NCBI GenBank assembly: GCA_013265495.1
Contig: MU058418.1
Coordinates: forward strand, 2,875,491 to 2,939,490
Direction of reading: 5' to 3'
Origin: Vicugna vicugna
Taxonomy: Eukaryota
Length of the DNA stretch: 64,000 nucleotides
The notes beneath the pieces were generated by a model, which saw only the letters and a program-made list of their open reading frames with translations, was not told where the DNA came from and did not search any database. Positions 54,272-64,000 of this stretch are shown here, in pieces; positions within the stretch are counted from its first letter, which is position 1; every line of letters starts with the position of its first letter. The position numbers and the translations under genes were made by a program.

Positions 54272-54377
54272 CTAGCTACATTTCAAGTGCTCAAAAGCCC
54301 TGTGACTAGTAGCTACCATATGGGACATCACAGATATTTCCCTCCTTGCAGAGTTCTGTTGGACAGTGCTGGTCTAG
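54272..54377. mobile_element. MER3-like hAT-Charlie MITE fragment
   Basis: ctagctacatttcaagtgctcaaaagcc..tgactagtagctacc...ttctgttggacagtgctggtctag. Confidence 0.7.
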
Positions 54378-56970
54378 GCTGTTCTAGTTCATGCAGATCA
54401 TCGTTGGAGTTCTTGAATAGCACAGAGCCTCCCCTTTTGGCCTGAAGCTAGCTGGGCTATATCCACCGACTCCTGAGGACCACCCTCCACAGTGACTTTT
54501 GCTCCAATCCTGCAGCTGCAGCACATAGGATGTGCTGTGGAGGGTCAGCTCCCTCCTTCTGCAGCTCCACCCAGGCTAGGAGATAGAGATTTCACCTACT
54601 GACATCTCTGTTCCTATTTCTGTCTCCAGCCCTAGCTCCCAGCCTGAACATGTTACTAGGTTTATACAGAGAGGCAGGCTTTCTGACCAACGTGAGCAAG
54701 TTTCCCTTGAATGGCTGGCACCTGGCAGGGTGACGTGTACCCTCGCTCTGCTCTTACCTCTCCTGTTTCCTACCAGATGAGACTGGGAATGAGATCCTTT
54801 AAAAACCTTCCAAGGGTGATATAAATTGTTCCAAATCTACTACTTGGGTTGTTTAAATAGAAAATCAGTAAGAGGGTGACAGATGAATCACCACCTTGCA
54901 CTCAGAAGTTAAAACTATTAAAGTTTATAGATACTAAAACAGTTTTAAATAACAACTTGACATCTCAACTGGCTCTCTTTACTTTTCCATTTAAAATCTG
55001 TTTAAGAAATAAGTACCTAGAAAAGGGTTTGCCTTAGTAAAGTGTCAGAATATAATAAGCAAGAAATAGCAAATGGTCACAAATTTATTATGTAAACAGC
55101 AACTAGACTTTACATAGGATCTTTATTCACAGAAATGCAATTTATCTGAGGTAGAAGGGAAAGCGGTATTTTCCAATCTTCTACGTTAAGAAAATATCAC
55201 CCCACATATAATTACCAAATGAAAGCACAAAGACAAAAAAAAAAAACAGGAATTCTAATTTACAATTCTAATTCACAGTCATACCAGAAAGCCCATTTTA
55301 AGACCTTGAAATTTATTCTTGAAATTTTAGACACAAGCAAAAAAAATATTTATGAGTACAATCTGACCAAAATTAATATTAAAGATAAAGCTTCTTATGC
55401 ATAGTCATGTATTTGTTAGTGACATACATCTGGGTCACATTATGTATTACTATTTTGCCAAGCAGACAAATAGGATTTTGTCTTAAGGAATTCATTTTAT
55501 TCATCGTCACAAAAAAGATTATAGTATCAATTTTAATTTCATGCTCAAACTCACTCTAATTCAGTCAACAAAATATATACAGAGTTGAAAATTACGACAT
55601 ATATCTAGTAGATCACATATAACAATGCGAAGTACATACCAGACACCATCTGAGAAGAAAGGATGCTTGTGACTAGCAAAAGCAAATAATAGAAAAACAT
55701 TCATTTCTACACAAATAAACAAAATTAATCTTGAGGCCAACTCAAAACCAGTTTTGTTATGTAAGCCTTCACTTCATACTTTGTCTAAGAGCCAAGACTC
55801 CTGGAGGGGGAGAGCTGTCCTAGCCCTTCAGCAATTCTCATGGGGGTCATTTTGATCTCATCTGGGGAAGCTCTGAAACCAGCACGTTCTATGACTGCCA
55901 GACCTGGCTGACCTGTGGAAAGGATCAGGAGCCAACCACACAGAAACAACTCTGAACAGTACCGTCGGCCATCAGTCAAAAGATAGAGCAGGTTTAAATG
56001 GAAATAGAATACACCCCTAAAATACACAAGAAGAATCTAATCCACAAGGCTGCAGACTTCATTTCCCCATTAGATTCAAGTATTGCATCCAAAAAACAAG
56101 GAGCAAGCCACAATGATATAATCTTATCCTGTCTATAAGAGAGCTTAAATATCATTTATTTATAAGTATTAGAGATATCTATTATAAACTTTAAAGTTCT
56201 CAAAAGCAAGAAGGGCAATGTAAGAAATGAGAAACATTTTACAAAGAAAAGAAATTCAAGTACATGAAAAAGCTAAAGGGTTTTGAAGCTAAAATCCTAC
56301 TCTAATTAAACCTAATGAAAAGAGGAAATGATACCTACTCTAGGTTTCTTAGGGATATATTGTGATACACAATATTAGTGTCTGCATATTCATATATTAA
56401 TAATGGATAAACACTGAATGCCAGCTATTTGCTGTAGGGAAAGATTACGAAGTAATAAATTATGCCTATTTATTAATTATACCTTTTATATCAAAAGCTA
56501 ATTACTTTTTCAAGGAAGGACTTGTCTTGACAAAAAACCTTAGTAAATGAAACATGATCCAGATTTCAAAAGGGTGTTTGAATTATGCAAGTCATACATT
56601 TTATATCAGGCTCAACAAACAGACTTTTATGTACTACAGCTTTAACAGATGTAGGCAAATTTACTCATTAAAATAGGGAAATCCTAGTGCCTTATTCACC
56701 CCTCAGAAAAATATGTTGGCATAATTAAACAAGAAGGAGCAAGAAAATTACTGAAAGACAACAATCTGGTACTTGTTAGTAAAAGGGAAAAAATGAGATC
56801 ATTTTGAAGAAGAATTTACAGGCTAACTAAATACATATATAATATGTTTACTAAATAGATCAAATAGATATATGAACCTCAGGTAGTTTTTGGTACTAAC
56901 TTGTAAGGGTTGCTACTTTCTTTTTTCTTTTTTTTTTACTACAGTTGCACACATTTACAACCCTCTGAGA

Positions 56971-57260
56971 TAGTGTATCCCCAAATGCTGTTACGTAAGA
57001 TATTAATAGCCAGGCTTTCCCCTGTCTCCCTCAACAGAAAAGTTCTGGGCTCAAATAAGTTTGGAAACGCTGAGTTGAAAAGGTTTCTTGATTACATCTC
57101 AGAGCCCTTAACAGGCTACGGTATGCTATGGCCTGCCAAAAAGGGGTGAGCGGCCTTTCCTAAATACATTTGACCATGGAATCCTCCCCCTTCCAAAGCA
57201 GAGCTTCTAGTAATATGTCCAGATACTAGTATTCTGTGCAACATAATTTAGGAAAGAAAT
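56971..57260. mobile_element. hAT-Charlie-type MITE (family uncertain)
   Basis: aaataagtttggaaacgctg..ctcagagcccttaa..tttcctaaatacatttgaccatggaa, with imperfect terminal inverted repeats. Confidence 0.5.
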
Positions 57261-58439
57261 ACTACTCTCAAGACAGCCTACATGTTCTATGTTGAATAGA
57301 AACATAAATTTACTAGATAAGCTATATAATAAACTTTAAATAACGTTGGGTTTTTGGAAATAGCTGGCCTATATGGAACCACAGTGCTAACATCTATGGA
57401 CAACTTCTCTTCTTACACATTTCACAAAGACGTCAGGGCCTCTGCTTTACTAGCTCTCATCCTTCCCTCCCTCTTTTATCCCTGTCTTTGGGGTCCTTGC
57501 TACCCAGGGTTCCTTGGTAAGGCAAAGGAAACAAGGATGGTGAAACATGAGAGGATCTAGGAAAGTGAACAGGCCCGTGGGGAAATGAGATGTTTATCCA
57601 CAGTGGCTGGAAACTGTCGTTAGAGGGGTAAATTAGTTAAAGAAAGGAAGCCAGATTAGTGCTAATCAAGCAGAATACAGTTTCACGTCAGAAAGGCACA
57701 CAGGAAGCTCACAACGGTAGGAAGTCAAAGAGATCTAGAATAAGATGGCATGGGAAGTGTAAAAGGTTGAGAGACACTGTTCATGACTGGAAAGAGACTG
57801 AAAATGTACAAAGTTGGGGAAGTGAGGTGGGGGAGCAGTGGTTAAATAAAAAGAAGGTAGAACCAACATAATAGAAATAACACAGGCAGAGAGCTGAATT
57901 TAAAAAAGAGTTCTAAAGTCCTTGTACTACTCAGAGGATGCTAGAAAAAGTTGAAAATTTAAGTTAAATACATATATCAAAATGCAAGAGTAATTACTTA
58001 ATTAGATAGAGTAAGTTATTTCCAAATCAGAAGTTTAAAAAAAAAAAGGAAAACTTGATTGATACTTCAGAAGTCAGAAAAGAAGAGGGATGGAATCAAA
58101 GCATGGGACGTAGAAAATAAGAGTAAGACAGAAATAAATCTACATGTACATATAAGCACATTAATATAAACATATTAAACTCTCCCAACTCAAAAAGGAT
58201 GCTTAACTTAGAAAGGATATTAAAGAGAATTAAAAATGATTCCACTTTAAAAATTATGAATCACTATATTATACACCTAAATTAAAAAATTACTCTTAAA
58301 ATAATAATTCCACAAAAATCTATTTCAATTAGAAGGGTGCTGCTGTTTCTCAGAATAGTAAACAGAAGGGCTTTTAATTTGCCAGTGGTTTGAAGAGTCT
58401 GATAGATTGCTACAAGGGTTCTAAAAATCCTAATGTAGC

Positions 58440-58900
58440 AGCAAATGGAATCAGAATTCCCCAGTGCTTTGAGACTTGTTCTTTGGAGAATCAATGAACT
58501 TCTCTGCAATAGAAAACAACCTTATATGCCACCCACAGTTCTCAAAAGACGCTCTTGACAAGGCAGTGATTCAAGGCCCAGACTGGGATAAAGTGTGACT
58601 TTCAAGACACTGGACAAGACTTCTTTCAGGATCTTTGGCAGTGTCTTTGATGCTAATGTGAAAGCAATGATTCAGAGTGACCTTTGGAGCTTCTTCTTTG
58701 ACCAAAGCAGCAAAACCAGATGTGTTAGCAGGTACTACATCAGTTTTGGTGGCAAGCCACCACTTTTCACTGTTCTCTTTCTCAATGGTCTTTCCAGTTT
58801 CCAAAATGGGGTTTACAAAACAAGAATTCTTGATGGCATCAGCACGCTCTTACAGGACAAAAAGGAGAAACTAGCTTCGCTAAGTGTCATCAGAATTTCA
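58440..58900 (-). mobile_element. Decayed hAT-Charlie/Buster-type DNA transposase fragment
   Basis: Frame-hopping minus translation ADAIK..FLFCKP.LETGK / TD..PANTSGFAALVKEEAPKVTLNHCFH / ASKTLPKILKEVLSSVLKV / LNH..VVFYCREVH*FSKEQV resembles the TDGA..HCxxH..EVRWLS core of ZBED5/FAM200-type transposases. Confidence 0.75.
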
Positions 58901-59844
58901 TTCTGTTACATGCTGAAAGAAAACAGCGTAACTGCCGACTCCTTTAAGAACTTGTTTGAGGGACTATGAGGAAAAAATGTCCGCAATTCTAGAAGAGGCC
59001 CTCATGGTTCTGCTCCTGGCCAGGAGCCATCCAGAGAGTCCAGAGAGCTTCACAGAGGCCTCTCTAACCTTACCACTAATTTTGCTTACAAGATTTTGTA
59101 AGATAAGGCCTTTGTGTGGGGGCAAATACAAATTTAGGTTGCTTCCACCCTTTTCAAATTAAGCCATCTTCCTGTAAAAATGATTCACACTGACCAATAC
59201 GTTTTCTATCTGGGCAGATTATAGGGGCCTCTTTAGCTTTGCAGGCTTCCGGCTTCCACTGGCAAGAACCTTGCCAGACAAGAAGCCTGGCTCTGTATCC
59301 CTGCACCTTCAATCTTTGCAGTAAGACCAAAGACACACAAGTTTTTCCTACCTTCTTTTTCTTTTATCTTCTTTTTTTTCTTTCCTTATTTACTGTAGGG
59401 TTTTTTGTGGGGTTTTTTCCATTTAAACTAGACTCTGGAAATTGTAGATGACATGGTAAATTTTAATGGACTCTTATCAACGGGAACCTGTTCAACATAG
59501 GCTCCTATCTATACAGGAACAATGAAAACTGCACATGACCTAACTGGAGACACTTGTGACCCATGACATCCTATACTGGTTTAAAGTAAGGAAAGGGAAG
59601 AAAATACCTAAACAGTTTTGACTTTAAAGGGGGGAAAAAACTTTAAAAAGGCAATTTTCAAAGTAATAGAAAAATATATATTTAAAAACCTTTAAAAAAT
59701 GTACTGTTTTCAACCTTCAGTTCACAGACTCCCAAAGTCCTAAACTCCATTCATGGATACAGGTAAAGGATTCCTGATCTTTTATCTCTAAAGTCATAAA
59801 ATATGGATCTGAAACAAACAAACAAAAGTACTGGACTTGACTAT

Positions 59845-60300
59845 TGTGGCAGAATGTATTTTCCAAAGATGGCCACAACAATATCTCTGGTACCACATGC
59901 TCTTCTAGAACTTGCCACTCTCCTAGCAAGAGGTGACTTCTAGTTAGGTGTGCATATGACTCACCTTTAACCAACAATGCAGTGAGTAAAAGTGACAACA
60001 CATAGCTTTTGAGGCCACCATGGAATGCAGAAGCAAGGCCACAAGCAGGCACTCTGGTCAACAGTCCTAGCCTCTTCAAGTTTTCCCAGCCCAAATGCCA
60101 GACATGAATAAGCCTTCAAATTATCAAATAATTATTCAAATTATTCCAGCCCGCCACAGTTGATCCTAACCTTCAAGTCTTCCCAACTGAAACTCCAGCC
60201 ATCATAGTGCTGAGAAAAACCATCCCCACTATGCTCCAAATGCATAACAGAAAGGGTTTTTATGCCACTAAGCTTTGGAATAGGCATTAAGTAACAATAC
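59845..60300 (+). mobile_element. MaLR solo LTR (MLT1-type)
   Basis: Starts tgtggcagaatgtattttccaaagatggccacaaca and ends ttttatgccactaag...taacaatac. Confidence 0.7.
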
Positions 60301-62022
60301 TAACTTGAATAGCTATCTTGGGCAGGGGGTGGGGTGGGGTGGGGGAGGTTAATGCCATTTCTAAAACTGCATGTTTTTCAGCCTGAACAAAGTTAGTCTC
60401 CCTTTCTACCTACAAAAGATTGACAAAATTAAATGTGATAAAAATTATATATGGGGTTTCTCCTGGGTCTACCACCAAAATTTTAAATAAATCAAGCTTA
60501 TACTAGCCACTCCTGATTTTCATAGCTGACATTAAAGTTCTTTTATATTTCAACTCTTAAATTCCACAGAAATTAAATGAACAAAGTCATGGCCACAGGC
60601 TCATATACTAGCTACATTGCTCATTTAAATTGTAATATTTCCCCCTGCTGAGTACTAGAAAAACATTATCTTCCTATTATTTAGAAAGAAACAAAGTTCA
60701 ATTACCCCTAATACGTCTTTTATACATAGTCTACAATTGACGGTAATTATTGCAAAAGCTGAGACTGGAAAACAGAAATGTTCTAAACAAACCAATTTTA
60801 AAAGGAAATAATTAAAAACTAGTCATTACATGTGCAACCAAGTACATGAAATCTTACTAAAGTGCAACCACTGACTCAAGGCAATAGAAACTGGTTCTGA
60901 AATAACTTCTCTATCACTATTATTCAGAAGATCCCTAGTATCTGGAAAAAAGAAAGAAAAAATACATATCAATAGAACAAGGACATAACCTGGTGAGAGG
61001 TGAAAAAGTATGACCACTGCCCCACCGCTTCTCAGGGACCCTAAGGGTGGCTTGCCTACTGCCCCTTCCTCTCCAAATCCAAGTGTATGACTGCCATTCT
61101 ACATGGAAACATTTTGGAGCAGAGGAGTGATACAACCATATTTATCTTTTAAGAAGATTAATTCAGTGGCTATGTTTAGGACAAGGTGGCAGAGAGGCAA
61201 GAACAAAACAAAATACTATTGCTAAAGCTTAGTTAGGCACGAGATAATAAGGACTTAGAAAAAGGCAGTAAAAGTAAAATTGGAAAAGCTAAAGGTGAAA
61301 AACTTTTTGAACAGAAAATTAACAAGATTTGGAAATCAAGTTGGGTAAATCTTAAACTATTACACAGAAGACCCCTTTCCAAACAGATCAGAGAAGAAAT
61401 ATATAGCTAGATAAAATTAATTTTTGGTTTCTGTGCCTGAATGAAATCTGAAACTATAGTGCAACATCAGAAAGTATTAATATACAGACATTTAGCTGGA
61501 AAATGAAATATACAAAATCACCTAGAATTCTAAATTATACAGAGATGAGGACAATATTAACCATTAGTCTTTGAAAATGACACTGTGAATATAGAGATGA
61601 ACAGAGCCAAGTAAGCAAATGCAAAAGGGTGTTGACAAAAGCAATCGAAAGAGTTAAGTCTCTAACTGACGTCCATCCACTAAGTAAGCTCCATTAGGAC
61701 AGATAAATAAAATTAGAAATTATTTAACTGAAATTTGGCAGGATTTAAGTTTTTTTATTTAAGCTGTTCAAGACTAATTATGAGGGGGAAAATGTTGATT
61801 TAATATAAATTCAAAAATGAACTCTTACATATGCAAGAAACTCACTGAGAAGTTCACTTTACATCAGTGTGTAAATTATTGTTACAGTCTGCTTAAAAAT
61901 GCTTTAAAAAATAAAGTTATGTTCTATTGGCTTGATTTTATAAATATACTTGCAGAAAGCATTTCTCTTTTTCAACCCAACTTATAAAAGATGTTGTATT
62001 TGCCATAAGAAATCGGTAGGGT

Positions 62023-62036
62023 GTTGCTATGGGAAC
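62023..62036. promoter_or_regulatory. Candidate RFX X-box
   Basis: GTTGCTATGGGAAC fits GTTNCYATRGNAAC. Confidence 0.45.
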
Positions 62037-63313
62037 AATATCTTAATATCATTTTTAAAACACCAGTAGCTTCAAAGAACAATGAGGTAGAGAAAAGAGA
62101 GGGGAAGGAAAGATAATCCTAGTATTTCACAGTACAACCATTATAACCATGCTGCAACAAAGCAGCATACACTATTTTTATTCTGTACTTGAGTGGGAAA
62201 GTATTAGGAGACACTCTAGGAGATAATAGGAGAGTATTAGCAAAAGCAAACTAATAGCAACTGTTTGAGGAAGAATAAACAGATATAATGAGGTCCTTCT
62301 CCCAAGAGTTAAAGAAAGGAAAGGATTCCCATGTGAGGTAAAAATACTAAAGGACCATCCCCAATCATAATCCTGGAAAACCCTCAGAATCAAAGTATAA
62401 GTGTTCTTTCAACTCAAGCCTGGAGAAAATGGGGCAGGAGGAATCAACGAAGTAAGAATTGATAAGATGTAAGGCCTGAAAATGTTCCATACCTAAGTAT
62501 AGATACCTAAGTTGTTTTTTCCCCTTAAATCTTAATTGGGTAATATGGGAAAATATGTTAAACTAGTGACTTAAGTTTATCTGTAGTAATAAACAACTAT
62601 ATTTTTGTTTACAGCAAATACACCATATTTGAGTGGGAAAAGAAGAGCACTAAATACTTCCAAAATGAACCATGCCTGCAGAGAATTAGAGTCTTTAGAC
62701 CCCAGTCAGACAGACTTAGGAGAAAAAAAGTCCACTGATTATGGTCCTTTTGCTATAAAGGATAATAAAGAATAAGAATATTTACCTCTAAGTTCTGAAG
62801 AGTGACAATGGAATATATGGAATGGTTACCAACAATAATAATTTGCACTTGCATAGTTTCATAAAGTCTACAAGGTACTCTCATAAAAGTTAAATTGGAT
62901 AATTTTTTTCCCTTAAAATATCAAGCTAGAAAAGATAACCATTATTAAGTGGTACATGTAAACAGTACTAAAAACCATATTATAAGTCAATAATACAATA
63001 TGGAGTTTAAATAATATGAACTGTTCCATAAGTAGGAAAGGCAAAACCTTATACATAAGATAGAATTATGTTATTTAAGAAAATCTCTCATGAGGGATAT
63101 CAAAATATTTAAAAAGTCACCTTAGGTACAAAAGATTCTCAGGTGAGCTATGAAGACTACTAAATTGTTCTGTAATAGTAACTGACCACTCAGACCCTTG
63201 CCATCCCCTTCTTTCTACTGACTACTTTTTTGTTCCCCAACTTAGTATTACAGTGCTTTCCTCTCCTCTCCCCACTACTCATTCTTCAAAGCCCATCTTA
63301 ACTATTTTCTTTT

Positions 63314-63359
63314 CTTTGAGATAACTTTTCTTCACTTTGAGATAACTTTTCTTCACTTT
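63314..63359. repeat. Perfect 21-bp tandem duplication
   Basis: ctttgagataacttttcttca x2 followed by cttt. Confidence 0.95.
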
Positions 63360-64000
63360 CAAAACACATCACTAACTGAACTATTCTTTCAAAATGTACT
63401 CGTTCATATCATTGCAGTACTAATCATAGTCAAAAATGTGTCTTAACTCCCAAACCAACATACAAGGTCTAAAAGAAAGAAATGCGTTATGCGTACAATC
63501 TATTACAGTCACCTTCACCATCCAGATCATCTTAGACATCTCCAGGCATCTCAAACTCAATGTTTAAAAAAAAAAAAATCCCTCCCTCCCCTCTCCAACC
63601 TAGCCCTCTTGGATTCCTCTCTCAAAAAGACCGTCATCATCTACTAAATTAGCTGCTTGCGCCAGAGAAATCTAGAAATTCCTGCCCCCAGCTCTCCCTC
63701 ACCGCCCATATCCAATTCATCAGTTAGTATCAGTTTGACTTCAAAAATATCTCTGTTTTTTCCATGTCTTTCTGTCTCCTCTAGGCTGTATTTCTGCAAT
63801 AACTTTCTAACTACCTTCCCTATATCTTCTTCCTCTATCTCTATTCTCGTCTAGTGGAGATGTTCTGACAAGTGGCAATTTTTAAAAAACAAATCTGATC
63901 ATGCCCAAAATGTTTAACATAGACTACACAGCTCCAAGCTGTGATCCTGTTAAAGGATCTTTCTCTCTTGGGCCGCCTTCATCCTCACTCACCATTCCAG

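Noticed and set aside
58595..58969. 124-aa plus-strand ORF
   Set aside because: It is antisense to a decayed transposase, starts at GTG and has no recognisable domain.
59350..59400. Long polypyrimidine tract plus TAG resembling a plus-strand splice acceptor
   Set aside because: There is no coding exon or partner plus-strand gene evidence. It is more likely a decayed A-rich tract.

Overview
Mammalian, AT-rich, repeat-dense genomic DNA lying entirely inside the CDK19 (Mediator kinase) gene on the minus strand. Six coding exons (3-8 by human CDK8/CDK19 numbering) were mapped by hand: 111, 141, 58, 132, 144 and 70 nt, all GT-AG and in phase. The diagnostic residues are those of CDK19, not CDK8. 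Everything above 37266 is intron 2, and exon 2 is outside the window. tRNA-derived SINEs of the vic-1 type, with no Alu, Bov-tA, PRE1 or Can-SINE, suggest a camelid (inference). The introns hold a young 5'-truncated sense-oriented L1 with a 946-codon uninterrupted ORF2 frame and a perfect 14-bp TSD, about 105 nt upstream of exon 4. They also hold two ~60-bp micro-insertions of the same L1 3' tail with TSDs, a probable L1 3'-transduction carrying an LTR fragment polyadenylated at the LTR's own signal, a decayed hAT-Charlie transposase, and many ancient L1/L2/MIR/MLT/MER copies. Candidate regulatory signals are a CTCF core, RFX X-boxes, an AP-1/RUNX/TCF/ETS cluster, a tandem 5' splice site whose use would create an immediate stop, and a possible poison exon. 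I found no convincing wholly new biological system. The best leads are retrotransposition events and possible splicing or polyadenylation effects on CDK19. Repeat family names and boundaries come from recognition by eye and are approximate.
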